Part shown: one piece after another, positions 39,235 through 49,046 of the stretch
Numbering within the stretch: position 1 is the first letter of the stretch
Layout: every line of letters starts with the position of its first letter
Notes under the pieces: generated by a model
The model's database searches: none
Told to the model about the DNA's origin: nothing
Seen by the model: only the letters and a program-made list of their open reading frames with translations
Virus record (IMG/VR): IMGVR_UViG_3300047470_000395
Span: 61,781 to 125,780 of that record
Length of the DNA stretch: 64,000 nucleotides
DNA from: a virus
Direction: 5' to 3' (one strand)
Program-made: the position numbers and the translations under genes

Positions 39235-40128
39235 TCAGGCGGCGAGCAGAAGCTGGGGGTCGTCCGGCAGGCTGTTGAGGAGCGCGTTCCGCCATGCGAT
39301 GGCGTACTTCGGGCAGTTGCCGCAGTGCACGTGCTTGCCGACACAGCCGGGCATCGGGGCCCGGTTCACCGCGTTGTAGGACCAGGCCATGGAGTCGGAG
39401 CTGTAGAGCTGGTGGGCGACGCGGCGGAGACCGGTCTTCTTGAAGCCGAAGCCGTGCAGGCGGATGCCCATGGACCAGACGGTTTCGATGATCCGGGCGG
39501 CCTCGTCGGTCTGCTGCAGGCGGCACACGGAGCCGATGCCGACGACGGGTTCGAGCGTGAGGTCGACGCCCACCTGGTCGTACAGGTCGATGCACCGCAG
39601 GTAGTCGTCGAGCGTGCGGCCCTGGATGACCGGCATCCACGGCAGCTCGGAGTCGAGCGTCATCAGGTTCAGGTACGACGCGACGGTCTTGATCTGGTGG
39701 TCGGCGATCGTGAGGCCGGTCTTCGCGAGGATCTCGTCCTCGCACATCCAGTCCTGAATGGCACACATGTCCATCAGGCCGATCTCGTCGTGGTACCGGC
39801 GCGCCGCCGCGGCGTACGTGTACGGCGAGACCGTCCAACGGCCGTGCTGCGACAGCTCCGTGAACCCGCGGGAGTCGAGCATCCACGGGGTGACGGCGCG
39901 CGGCAGGGTCTTACGGTCGGCCAGGCGCCCGTGGGAGACGCACAGCGGGATGCAGTCGTTGCCGAACTCTTCGCGGGCGAGCCAAGACGGCTGGTGCGTG
40001 CCCAGGTACGTCACGCGGTCGAAGTCGGCGAACCAACGGCGGTCGGCGTAGACGGGCGCGGGGCGCTTTGCCTGGGGCTGCGCATTCGCCGCCGGGGCGG
40101 GAATGTCGAAGAGTGCGGCATTGGCCAT
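39235..40128 (-). CDS. TGT/DpdA-like guanine transglycosylase-fold protein
   Basis: LDSRGF, QDWMCE, PVIQG, GIGSVC, LHGFG, SSDSMAW, plus a Cys/His cluster, in TGT motif order. Confidence 0.7.
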   Translation of the reverse strand: MANAALFDIPAPAANAQPQAKRPAPVYADRRWFADFDRVTYLGTHQPSWLAREEFGNDCIPLCVSHGRLADRKTLPRAVTPWMLDSRGFTELSQHGRWTVSPYTYAAAARRYHDEIGLMDMCAIQDWMCEDEILAKTGLTIADHQIKTVASYLNLMTLDSELPWMPVIQGRTLDDYLRCIDLYDQVGVDLTLEPVVGIGSVCRLQQTDEAARIIETVWSMGIRLHGFGFKKTGLRRVAHQLYSSDSMAWSYNAVNRAPMPGCVGKHVHCGNCPKYAIAWRNALLNSLPDDPQLLLAA

Positions 40129-40197
40129 GGTGTTCCTCGCTTCGTGGTCCGTTGGCGGTGCTCTCCGCCAACACGAGGAATAGTACACCCTGGGCAA
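40129..40197 (-). promoter_or_regulatory. Full leader module (promoter box, AGAGCA hairpin, ACCACGAA, SD)
   Basis: TTGCCCAGGGTGTACTATTC-CTCGT-GTTGGCGG AGAGCA CCGCCAAC-GGACCACGAAGCGAGGA. Confidence 0.8.
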
Positions 40198-40272
40198 CAC
40201 GTGGGGTAGGGGTACGGGGAAACGGAAGCGGGGGACCGCCCACCAGGACGACCCCCCGCGGTGCGGGCCGGC

Positions 40273-40860
40273 TCAGCCCTCCGGGGTCAGGAACACCGCG
40301 GCCCGGCCGTCGTCGTAGCGCAGCCGCAGCGTCCGCCCGTCCGTATGCCGGTCCAGCCGCATCCCGTTCTCGGCGAGCGCCTCGGCCACCCTGTGCGCCA
40401 CCTGGTCCCCGGGCACGGCCTGGCCCTCGACGACGTCGCCGACCGTGACCCGGTACGCCGTGCCCGGGTCGACGATCTGGGCCGCGATACCGGCGCGCTG
40501 GTGCTCCGAGTACACCGGCGTGCCCGCGGCTTCCCGTACCCACTCCCGCGGAGGCAGGGCGGGCAGGCCCAGGACGTCGGTCCAGCCGTCCAGCAGCCAC
40601 ACGGTGGTGCCCTCGACGGGTCCGCGCTTGCGGATGGCGGGCGTGCCGTCCATGCGGAGCCGGTCCCCCGTCACATGCACCGTGCCAGACGCCGGGTCGG
40701 ACGCCATGCGGGCCGCGGTGATCCGGAGCTGGTACGGGCGGGCGTTCGGGATCCCCGACAGGGCCTCCGTCACCGTGATGGTCCGGCCCACCAGAGCGCG
40801 CACCGCCTCCGGCTGCTCGTCGAGGTCCTCGGGCTGTTCAGGCATCGTCGTCGTCTCCAT
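40273..40860 (-). CDS. Hypothetical protein
   Basis: Coding-like ORF in the left arm. Confidence 0.65.
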   Translation of the reverse strand: METTTMPEQPEDLDEQPEAVRALVGRTITVTEALSGIPNARPYQLRITAARMASDPASGTVHVTGDRLRMDGTPAIRKRGPVEGTTVWLLDGWTDVLGLPALPPREWVREAAGTPVYSEHQRAGIAAQIVDPGTAYRVTVGDVVEGQAVPGDQVAHRVAEALAENGMRLDRHTDGRTLRLRYDDGRAAVFLTPEG

Positions 40861-40923
40861 CGGGAAGGGGTCGGGGGCCAGTCTGCCCGCGCCGGAGCGG
40901 GCCCGGCGCGGGCATGGGGTAGA

Positions 40924-42018
40924 TCAGGCGGCCAGGCCGTACAACGTGACCTGACGGACGCGGTACTTGGTCGTCGCGGCCTGGCCGATGTGCACGGCCA
41001 TCGCGGTCCCGGCCGGCGGCCGCGCGGCGGGTCCCTCGGCCTCCTCGAGCGCCTGGGCGCGTCGGATGATCTCCCGCATCGACAACCCCTTCTTGAAGTC
41101 GGCCCCGACGGTGACTTCGGTCCGGGCGTACGCCGCGGCGAGCTCCGGCACCCGACGGGCACCGTTCACCAAGTCGCTGTTGCACCCGAGGACACAGAAA
41201 ACGCAGCTCAGGCGCCGGTTTCCCCAGTCGTATGCCGGGTGGTACGGCAGACGCGACCGGGCTATCTCCTGCCACACCTTCCGGTCGCTCCACGCGTGGA
41301 TCGGGCGCCAGGTGACGACGTGCCGCTTCCCGTTGCTCGCCCCGCGGTTGATCTCCACCTCGGCGAGCTGCGCCCGCGCGGTGCTCTCCGCGGCCCGCTG
41401 GCCGATGCACTCCAGGATTCGCACGGGACGGCCCAGGTCGCCCAGCTCGGCGACCAGCCGCGTGTACAGGGTCCGGATCGGGCCCCGCTTCGCGTCCGGG
41501 GTGCACCAGCGTGCAGCACTCGACGGCCAGGCCGGGGCAACCTTCGCCGTGGCCGGGTCCTCGCCGCGCTCCCGCGCCTCCTCTTCGGCCTTCGCCTTCA
41601 GCTTGCCGTACCGGATCTCGACGCGGTCGAGGAGATCGGCGCCCTTCGCCTGGACCACCTCGAACCGGCGGACCCCGGCGAGCGCGGCCTGGAGCTCGGC
41701 GAGCTCGCGCGTCCCTTCCCACTCGACCCGGCCCAAGTCCGCGTGGACGACGACGACCTTGTGCAGCATCCCCAGGGCCTTCGCGCGCCGCACGACGTAC
41801 GACAGCATCGCCTGACTGTCCTTGCCGCCACTGCTCGAGATGACGACCCAGTCCGCGTCTCGGATCATCTCGTCCGGCACGGTCGTCGACGGCTCGAGGG
41901 GCACGGACGCGTGCACCGTCTTCCGCCGCTTCGGCTTGGGCTTCGCCGGCGCTGCGACCACGGGGGCGGCGTGCGGGCTCTGGATGGCGGGGAGGTCGAA
42001 CAGGGCGGCGGTCTGCAT
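40924..42018 (-). CDS. PAPS-reductase-family (PP-loop) protein
   Basis: SSSGGKDSQA, HADLGRVEW, RWCT…KRGP, GQRAAES…R, RPIHAWS, RLSCVFC. Confidence 0.85.
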   Translation of the reverse strand: MQTAALFDLPAIQSPHAAPVVAAPAKPKPKRRKTVHASVPLEPSTTVPDEMIRDADWVVISSSGGKDSQAMLSYVVRRAKALGMLHKVVVVHADLGRVEWEGTRELAELQAALAGVRRFEVVQAKGADLLDRVEIRYGKLKAKAEEEARERGEDPATAKVAPAWPSSAARWCTPDAKRGPIRTLYTRLVAELGDLGRPVRILECIGQRAAESTARAQLAEVEINRGASNGKRHVVTWRPIHAWSDRKVWQEIARSRLPYHPAYDWGNRRLSCVFCVLGCNSDLVNGARRVPELAAAYARTEVTVGADFKKGLSMREIIRRAQALEEAEGPAARPPAGTAMAVHIGQAATTKYRVRQVTLYGLAA

Positions 42019-42108
42019 GGCGGGCGTCCTCGAGGGCGTGGAGCGGGCGGAGCGGGGCGGGGAGCGGGAGCGGGGGGCGCAGCACGGGCCGCGCCCCCTG
42101 GGGGGCCG

Positions 42109-42555
42109 TCAGCGGTACCAGTGGCCGAACTGGTTGCGGCGGGTCACGTACATCTCGGCGTGCTCCTCGTCGCGCCACTCGCACGGGGGCAGCGCGTAGC
42201 GGACGACCGCGCCGAACCGGCAGGTGGATACGACGGTCGCCGTGTCGCCGTCGTGAAGGGTGATCACGTCGCCGGTCTCCAGCCCCAGGAAGTCCGGGGT
42301 CGGCGCGCTCGCTTCGTTCCTCCACCAGGCGCCCCACGCCTTCGGCGCGTGCGGGGACCTCGAGAGCGGCGCGAACTGGTCGCCGGGCCGGTAGTCGATC
42401 CACTCGATGGTGTCCGCCTTCGGGCTGTACAGGTGCTCACGGTCGTACGCGGCCGGGACGCTCGAGACGGGCAGCTCTCCCAGGGCGAGCGGCCTACGGG
42501 CCTTCGCGGGGGCCGGGGCGGCGGGGACGACGTCGAACAGGGCGAGGGTCTGCAT
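42109..42555 (-). CDS. Hypothetical protein starting MQTLALFD
   Basis: SD GGAGG, ATG 42555. Confidence 0.7.
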   Translation of the reverse strand: MQTLALFDVVPAAPAPAKARRPLALGELPVSSVPAAYDREHLYSPKADTIEWIDYRPGDQFAPLSRSPHAPKAWGAWWRNEASAPTPDFLGLETGDVITLHDGDTATVVSTCRFGAVVRYALPPCEWRDEEHAEMYVTRRNQFGHWYR

Positions 42556-42645
42556 GGGGGTCCTCCAGGACGTGAGGCGGGCGGAGAAGGGGGCTGAGGG
42601 GCCGGGGCGCACCGTGCGGGCTGCGCCCCGCCCCGGGGGGAGCTG

Positions 42646-43527
42646 CTAGCCGTTCCAGGCCGCGCGGATGTCGGCGACGAACTTGGCGGCCGCGGCGGTC
42701 GCGCTCGCCGGGTCGGCGTTCGGGTCGCACCGGTGGATGACGGCCTCGGCCGCGCCGTTGTTGAACCGGATCTGCCAGGTACCGGCCCAGTGCTCCATGG
42801 GCGCGTCGACGAACACCCAGTCCTCATGGGCCTCGTAGATGAAGGCGACGAGCTGGGGCGTCCCAACGCCGGGGAAGTCGCTGCCGGTCACGGGGATGAC
42901 CAGCCACGAGTTACCGGCGTCCTCGTCGGCGTGCGCGGTGATGCCGTGCTCGGCGAGCGCCGCGGTCATCCGCTCGCGGGCCGTGGGCGCCGGGGGCGTG
43001 AGGATGAGCCGCGCCAGACGCTCCCGGCCGGTGCGGTCGCACTCCCGGAACTCCTCCACGGTCCAGCCGGCCACCCGGAACAGGTCGGCGTACTCGTGGA
43101 TGGTCCGCTCCTCCTCGGCGGCGTCCACCGTGGCGGGCTGGTGCTCGCGGCGGAACCCCAGCACCACCTCACCGGTCTCGCGGCGCGGGTCCAGGTCGGC
43201 CCCGGCGCTGATGCACTGGTCCCGGTCGTTGAACGCGGCGAGCGGCTGCCCGTCGTGGGTAAGCAGGCGGACGGCCGCCTTCACCTGGGGCACGTCGGTG
43301 CTCTCGGGCAGGCAGCCGAAGGAGTACGGCGCGGCCTCGCCCGCCAGACGCATGAAGACCAGTCCACCCGCCCCGGGAGTTGCCGCGCGCACCTTCGGGT
43401 CCTCGTCGGCGGCCTTGAGCGCCCGCTCGTACGTGTCGGCCTTCACCTGGCTGATCAGGTTGCCCTCGCGGTCCTTGATGGCCCACCAGCAGACGGACTC
43501 GACGGGGGTGGTGGCGGTGTTCGGCAT
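42646..43527 (-). CDS. Hypothetical protein
   Basis: SD GAGGAG. Confidence 0.7.
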   Translation of the reverse strand: MPNTATTPVESVCWWAIKDREGNLISQVKADTYERALKAADEDPKVRAATPGAGGLVFMRLAGEAAPYSFGCLPESTDVPQVKAAVRLLTHDGQPLAAFNDRDQCISAGADLDPRRETGEVVLGFRREHQPATVDAAEEERTIHEYADLFRVAGWTVEEFRECDRTGRERLARLILTPPAPTARERMTAALAEHGITAHADEDAGNSWLVIPVTGSDFPGVGTPQLVAFIYEAHEDWVFVDAPMEHWAGTWQIRFNNGAAEAVIHRCDPNADPASATAAAAKFVADIRAAWNG

Positions 43528-43620
43528 GGCGGAGTTCTCCTCGGTGAGGCGTGGCGAGCTGGGGGAGGGTGCCGGGGCGCGGCGCGTACGGTCGCGCCCC
43601 GGCGGTAGGGACCGGACCGG

Positions 43621-44037
43621 TCAGACGACGTCGGTGGCGGTGAAGTGGTCGGCCAGGCCGCGACCGGCGCGCTCGGCCTCCAGGCGCACGGCGGCGTCGT
43701 ACACGGCCTCGATCACCGCGCGGGTGTCGTGGTCGACGACGTACCACTTGCCGCCACGGCCGCCCGTCCAGAAGTCGAGCGCGTACCGGGTCGCCAGGGT
43801 GGCGGGCTCCAGGTACTCGACGACGCGGATGGTCTGGCCCCACGCGCCGTCGGCGGCACGGATGCCGGACTCGCGCAGGACCTTGCCGCCCGCGATGTTG
43901 AAGGCGTACGCCTCGTGCTGCTCGCGGGGGACGGTGGTCGTGTAGATCCGGTGGTGCATGACGGCGCGGGGCTCGCCGTACTGCTCGGTCAGCTCCCACC
44001 AGGGCTTCATGGCGGCCTCTACGGGGGCAACGCTCAT
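43621..44037 (-). CDS. Hypothetical protein
   Basis: Follows a full leader module. Confidence 0.7.
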   Translation of the reverse strand: MSVAPVEAAMKPWWELTEQYGEPRAVMHHRIYTTTVPREQHEAYAFNIAGGKVLRESGIRAADGAWGQTIRVVEYLEPATLATRYALDFWTGGRGGKWYVVDHDTRAVIEAVYDAAVRLEAERAGRGLADHFTATDVV

Positions 44038-44107
44038 AGGGGTGTTCCTCCTTCGTGGTCTGGCGGGTGCTCTCCCGCCAACACAGAGAATAGTACACCC
44101 TGGGCAA
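44038..44107 (-). promoter_or_regulatory. Full leader module
   Basis: Box 44088-44107; hairpin TGGCGGG AGAGCA CCCGCCA; ACCACGAAGGAGGA. Confidence 0.8.
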
Positions 44108-44212
44108 TGATGGGTAGGGGTTCCCCAGGAAAACCCACGGGTGATGGCCCCGGGATTCCCTCCGGCTGTGCATTCGGGGGAGTCCCGGGGCTCTACCTGC
44201 CCGGGGGAGCTG

Positions 44213-45184
44213 CTACGCGGCCGGGGCGTACCGCCGGCGCTCGGCGTCCACCGACGGGATGACGACGCGAGTGATCCCGTCGGCGAACCGCTCCGCCATC
44301 GGCCGCGGCTTCGGCCACGGGGCACGGCGGGGCTTCACCGGCATGGGCGGGGGCACCACCAGCGGCGGCCGGGCCACCGACACGGGGAACAAGCCCTCCT
44401 GTCCGTCCTGCTCGGCCCGCACGGCGTCCACCTCGTCGGCCTCCCGCAGCACCGCGGCGTGAGCCTGCTCGAACAGCTCCACCCGCTCCGCCTCCAGGCG
44501 CTCCGCCTCCATCCGGGCGGCCTCCGCACGGGCCAGGCGCTCCGCCTCGGCGACGACCGCGGGCACCATCCGCGCCCGGAGGGCCGTCACCGCGCTGTCG
44601 TCGGCCTGCTCGAGGTCCACACCGCCCACGGCGGCCCACACCTCCTCGGCGACGGCCCCGTGCTGCTCCCACAGCGGCCGGGAGCTGCTCCGCGCCTCCA
44701 CGGGCCGCGTACGGGCCCCCAGACGCTGCGCCAGGGCGTGCAGGACGTCCGCGCGGAACTCCCGGACCCGCACGCGCATCGTCGACGCGTCCTCGTACTC
44801 CAGGAACGCCTCGGCGGCCGCGGAGCGCTTCCACACGCCGAACACACGGACCGCCCGGGTCGCCAGGGCCTCCACCTCGTCCAGGACCCGCTCGAGGGCC
44901 ACCAGGTACCCGGCGACCGCCCGCGCGTCGCCCTGCACCGTCAGCCGCCGGTCGTCCAGGCCGCCGTACCGCTCATCGGTCCCGCACATCTCCTTGTAGT
45001 ACGACCACCGGGGGTTCAGCTTGAAGGGGGTCGCCGCCTCCACCCCGTGGACGTCGGCCAGGGCCCACGCCACGTCGTGGTGCTGCTTCGCCCGACGCTT
45101 CGACGCCGCGGGGAACGCCAGGTCGACGGTGAACCGGCCCGGGGCCGACTCGTACGGGCGGGGGAACTCCACATGCGCGCTCAT
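44213..45184 (-). CDS. Hypothetical protein
   Basis: Preceded by AGAGCA hairpin; ATG 45184. Confidence 0.7.
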   Translation of the reverse strand: MSAHVEFPRPYESAPGRFTVDLAFPAASKRRAKQHHDVAWALADVHGVEAATPFKLNPRWSYYKEMCGTDERYGGLDDRRLTVQGDARAVAGYLVALERVLDEVEALATRAVRVFGVWKRSAAAEAFLEYEDASTMRVRVREFRADVLHALAQRLGARTRPVEARSSSRPLWEQHGAVAEEVWAAVGGVDLEQADDSAVTALRARMVPAVVAEAERLARAEAARMEAERLEAERVELFEQAHAAVLREADEVDAVRAEQDGQEGLFPVSVARPPLVVPPPMPVKPRRAPWPKPRPMAERFADGITRVVIPSVDAERRRYAPAA

Positions 45185-45269
45185 GCGCTCTCTCTTTCGT
45201 GGTGCGGCGGTGCTCTCCGCCGCGGGGGGAACCGGCCCGCGAACACGGACCGGAGACAAGGGGGACGAC

Positions 45270-45623
45270 TCAGCCGCGGCGCAGCGCACGGGCCACACGG
45301 ACCAGCCAGCACGCGCGCCGGCTGCCGCGGTACTCGTACGCCCGGACCATCGCGGCGACCGTCCGCGGGTCCGGCGACTGGTGCCACTCCACGGTGAGGA
45401 CCAGACGTTCCCGCAGCTCCTCATTCGGCCGCTCCAGGGCGAGCGTCGCCCCGGCCGGGGTGATCTGCCAGAGCATCCACACGCGGTCTGTGTCGTACGC
45501 GCGCTGCCGGGTGTCCGTCGACCGCGCCGGGCGCAGACCCAGCAGACCGGCGACCGCGTCCGTGAACGCCACGAACGACTTCGGGCCGGGCAGATGCGAC
45601 GGAAGCCAAGGGGGCAGAGGCAT
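45270..45623 (-). CDS. Hypothetical protein
   Basis: SD GGAAGG. Confidence 0.5.
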   Translation of the reverse strand: MPLPPWLPSHLPGPKSFVAFTDAVAGLLGLRPARSTDTRQRAYDTDRVWMLWQITPAGATLALERPNEELRERLVLTVEWHQSPDPRTVAAMVRAYEYRGSRRACWLVRVARALRRG

Positions 45624-45817
45624 GACGGGCTAGAACCTTCCTCGGAGCGCCCCGCAGCGCCCCGACGCACCGGACGACCGGGCAGGGGCTGACAGGGCTT
45701 GGAGAGCGGGTTTCTGGACTTTCTGGACCGTCCACACGCGCGCGGGCGTGTAAGGCGGCTCGAGGGGCTCGAGGGGTGCCGCCCGACCCGTTCGGCCGGG
45801 CGGCACCGGTGGCCGAC

Positions 45818-47671
45818 TCAGGCGGACGCGTACGTCACGGGGACGTCGACGCGGAACATGGCGGCGAGCACCTTGCGCGCGTTGGCGGCGGCGTCCTCGC
45901 GGCCGTCCCGCTTGCGGAAGTTGACGACGATCGGCGGGTGCGCCGGGCAGTGCCCGAGTGCCGTGTCGACTCCGGCGGTGATCCGGGCGGTGACGTTCCA
46001 TCCGCTGCGGGCGTCGCTGCGGCAGACGACGCGGACGGTGGGCGTGCCGGTCTCGATGGCCTGCAGCTCCTCCGGGGCGGCGTCGGCGGCGTTGTAGGCC
46101 TGGGCGGCGGTGCGGATGGTGTCGGCGGTGGCGGGCATGTCCGTGCCGTGGATCCGGTGGGCGTGCGGGGCGATGGCCAGGATCACCGCGCGGGCCTGCT
46201 CGACGGCGGCGCGCGCCTGGTCGTGGGCGGCGTTGCGGGCGGGGAGGGTGCTGGCGGTGCGCAGCGACTCCCACGCGTCCTCGACGGCGCCGCGCGCCTC
46301 GACGATCGCCAGGTGCTGCTCGCCGGGCGCGTGCTTGCCCAGGGTGAGCAGGTGGCGGCCGAGGTCCTCGAGGTCGCGGGGCGCGGAGACGGACACGGTG
46401 GCCTCGTAGGCGGCCAGCGCGGCGTACAGGGTCCCGGCGGCGGGGGCGGGGTCCTCGGCGGCGACGGTGCCGAACACGGCGTCCAGGGAGGCGCGGGTAA
46501 CCATCAGGTGCATGTCCGGCGGGAAGGTGCTGCCGGTCGTGCTCTCGTCGTGGCTGCGGAACGTCCAGGTGGGACGGACCCAGGGCGCGCCGGGGCCGAC
46601 GAACGCCGTGACGGCGGAGACGGTGCGGGTCTCGCCCATGTGCGCGTGGATCACGTCCATGCCGGGGCGGATCATGTCGGCGCGGACGGGGAGCGCCGAA
46701 CCGTCGGCGATGGCCTGGAAGGTCTCGGCGTAGTACGCGGCCAGCTCCGCGTCGATGTCGCCGGTCAGTTCGGCGTCCGTGGGGCGCTCCGTCGGGGTGG
46801 GGAACGTGTCGCCGGGGGTGGCGGGGCGCAGGTACACGGTCCGGCCGTCGCGGTAGACGATGTGGGCGGTCGACTTGCACGCGGACATCCGCTTGACGGT
46901 GCGCTTCACCAGCGGCTGCATCATCGCGGCGTTGATCTCGTCCAGGGCCTGGCGGGTCGGGATGATCTCGGTGGGGCCGTCGTTGACGATCCGGACGTGC
47001 TGGCGCTCCTCGGCGGGCGCGGCGGCGGGGGCCGGCTGCGGGACGTACCGGCGGTTCTCCACGACGATGGCGCGGTCGGCGGGGTCCTGGTGGAACGGCT
47101 GCCGCTTGAAGCGCAGGTTCGACACGATCTTGCGGACGTGGGCGGCGGGGATGCCGTCGTGCTTGCGCTCCTCGCCGACGTACACCGCGTGCGGCGCGTC
47201 GACGACGTCGTCGGTGGTGGGCAGCGCCTCCAGCTTCGCGGGGGGCTTGCTCCACAGGCGGATGGACACCGGCTCGACACCGCGCAGGCGCATCGGGGAC
47301 AGGCGGTTGGACAGGCGCACGGAGATCGCGTCGGTGAGCTGCTTATCCCAGCCGCGCGGGTCGCGGTCGCCGCCCTCGACGATCTCGTCACGCAGGGCGT
47401 GCACCTCGTCGGTGGTCATGTGGTGGAGCTGCTCGCGGATGGCCCAGTACCGCTCATCCGGCGTGAAGATGACGCGGACGCGCTCCGACTCGGCGTCCCG
47501 GCGGATGATGCGGCGGACGGTCTCCTTGTTCGCCTTGCCCTGCTCCTTGTCGGCGTCGCGGCTCATCACGGCGTCCACCAGGTCGTGGGTGACGACGCGG
47601 CCGTTGTGCAGCGTGGCAGCGATGAAGACCTGAAGCGCCATTCCTTCGGCGCGGTCGGTAGCAGTCAGCAT
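45818..47671 (-). CDS. Large mosaic hypothetical protein, first gene of the left arm
   Basis: ATG 47671 after a hairpin variant and GGAGG. Confidence 0.75.
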   Translation of the reverse strand: MLTATDRAEGMALQVFIAATLHNGRVVTHDLVDAVMSRDADKEQGKANKETVRRIIRRDAESERVRVIFTPDERYWAIREQLHHMTTDEVHALRDEIVEGGDRDPRGWDKQLTDAISVRLSNRLSPMRLRGVEPVSIRLWSKPPAKLEALPTTDDVVDAPHAVYVGEERKHDGIPAAHVRKIVSNLRFKRQPFHQDPADRAIVVENRRYVPQPAPAAAPAEERQHVRIVNDGPTEIIPTRQALDEINAAMMQPLVKRTVKRMSACKSTAHIVYRDGRTVYLRPATPGDTFPTPTERPTDAELTGDIDAELAAYYAETFQAIADGSALPVRADMIRPGMDVIHAHMGETRTVSAVTAFVGPGAPWVRPTWTFRSHDESTTGSTFPPDMHLMVTRASLDAVFGTVAAEDPAPAAGTLYAALAAYEATVSVSAPRDLEDLGRHLLTLGKHAPGEQHLAIVEARGAVEDAWESLRTASTLPARNAAHDQARAAVEQARAVILAIAPHAHRIHGTDMPATADTIRTAAQAYNAADAAPEELQAIETGTPTVRVVCRSDARSGWNVTARITAGVDTALGHCPAHPPIVVNFRKRDGREDAAANARKVLAAMFRVDVPVTYASA

Positions 47672-47946
47672 CTGGGGTTCCTCCGGTTCGTGGTCTGGCC
47701 GGGGATGCTCGCCCCGGCCCCGCCTTAGTGGCGTCCGCTGACCGTACCGCCCTCCCCTCGAATACGCAACCCAGGGCAATCGGAGAGTGTGAAGAGCTCG
47801 AGAGTTCGTGGCGCTCACCTGGGTATCTCGAGGAATCTCAACGCGGGGGGTTGCGTCAAATTGCCTTGGGTGTACTGTTCTTCTCAGCGGTTCACACCGC
47901 AGCCCCGGAGAGCACCGGGGCGAGACCACGAAACGAGGAACACCCG
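47672..47946. promoter_or_regulatory. Divergent control region with back-to-back leader modules
   Basis: Boxes at 47760-47779(-) and 47861-47880(+); hairpins at 47697-47719(-) and 47902-47921(+). Confidence 0.8.
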
Positions 47947-48282
47947 ATGATCACTAAGGCCACCGACACCCCCCGCGCCACCGTCACCCTGGAGAAGGAC
48001 CCCACCGCCATCGTCTGGTTCCTGGCCGTCGTCACCGACATGGCCACCCCCGCCGCCCGGGTCCACGAACTGATCGTCACCTTCGAGGCCTCGTACGACT
48101 CCCAGGTGGAGGCGGCGCACCGCCTGGCCGAGACGATCGACGGCGCCACCGTGGAGATCCTGTTCGCCGGTGACCGGTCCGAGGCGTACGGCGTGGCCCG
48201 CACCGGCCAGGACTTCGACGGGATGCTCGACCTGTGGCTCGCCCAGCAGCCCCCGGCCGTGTGCATCGAACAGATCGTCTGA
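47947..48282 (+). CDS. Hypothetical acidic protein
   Basis: Follows a leader module. Confidence 0.75.
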   Translation: MITKATDTPRATVTLEKDPTAIVWFLAVVTDMATPAARVHELIVTFEASYDSQVEAAHRLAETIDGATVEILFAGDRSEAYGVARTGQDFDGMLDLWLAQQPPAVCIEQIV

Positions 48283-48429
48283 CCTCCCCCGCACCCGCAC
48301 CGCCCGCCATCCCCCCTGGCGGGCGGTGCGCCCCGCCCCCGGGGCCGGCTGTCTGGCCGGAACGGGCGCAGGGCGCACCGCCCCACACCGTCCCGGAGAG
48401 CACCGGGGCCCGGACCACGAAGGAACACC

Positions 48430-48975
48430 ATGCGCAGCTTCCGCCTCTCGGCCGTCCTCACCCGCCGCCCCCGCCCGGTCGTGATCGCGCTCGCCGGACT
48501 CGCCGCCACCGTCGCCGCCCTGGTCGCCACCTACGGCGGCACCTACAGCGGCGCCAACGCGGGCGCCACCCTCGGCCCGGCCGGTTGCTTCGTCGGCATC
48601 GAGTGGCGCGGTGAGCCGGGCGTGTACGGCTCCTGCACCGGCGCCGACACGGACGCCGCGCCGCAGCCGACCCCCGCCCCGGCCCCGGTCGCCCCGGCCG
48701 CCGACGACGTCGTCACCGCGTACAACGCCGGGTGGAAGGCGGGCGTCGACGCCCTCGGCAACGGGACCACGCCGACGTACCCGGACGTCGTCGGCGACGC
48801 GAACGACCCGGGCACCGTCGCGTGGGCGGACGGCTGGATCGACGGCCAGGCGGACGCCCTCGGCGACGACAACCGCGACGGCCGGATCGAAGAGGACGAG
48901 TCCGGGTGGGACTGCCACCGCATGGGCAACCGCGTGTGCGGCGCGCAGCGCGACGCAAGCCACACCAGCCGCTGA
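48430..48975 (+). CDS. Secreted or membrane protein with DxNxDG loop
   Basis: N-terminal hydrophobic helix; DDNRDGRIEEDESGWDC…CG. Confidence 0.75.
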   Translation: MRSFRLSAVLTRRPRPVVIALAGLAATVAALVATYGGTYSGANAGATLGPAGCFVGIEWRGEPGVYGSCTGADTDAAPQPTPAPAPVAPAADDVVTAYNAGWKAGVDALGNGTTPTYPDVVGDANDPGTVAWADGWIDGQADALGDDNRDGRIEEDESGWDCHRMGNRVCGAQRDASHTSR

Positions 48976-49046
48976 CCTACCCACCGCCCCGCCGGGGCGC
49001 GCGCCCCGCGCCCCGGCCCCCTTCGCCCCGGAAGGCACCGCACGCC

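Noticed and set aside
41377-41392. CGCGG-AGAGCA-CCGCG inside the PAPS-reductase-like CDS
   Set aside because: Only a 5-bp stem, encodes conserved RAAES residues, and lacks ACCACGAA and SD; not counted in the family.
40261-42597. 778-aa plus-strand ORF and similar long antisense ORFs throughout the window
   Set aside because: Shadow ORFs opposite genes with clear motifs and SDs, typical of high-GC DNA.
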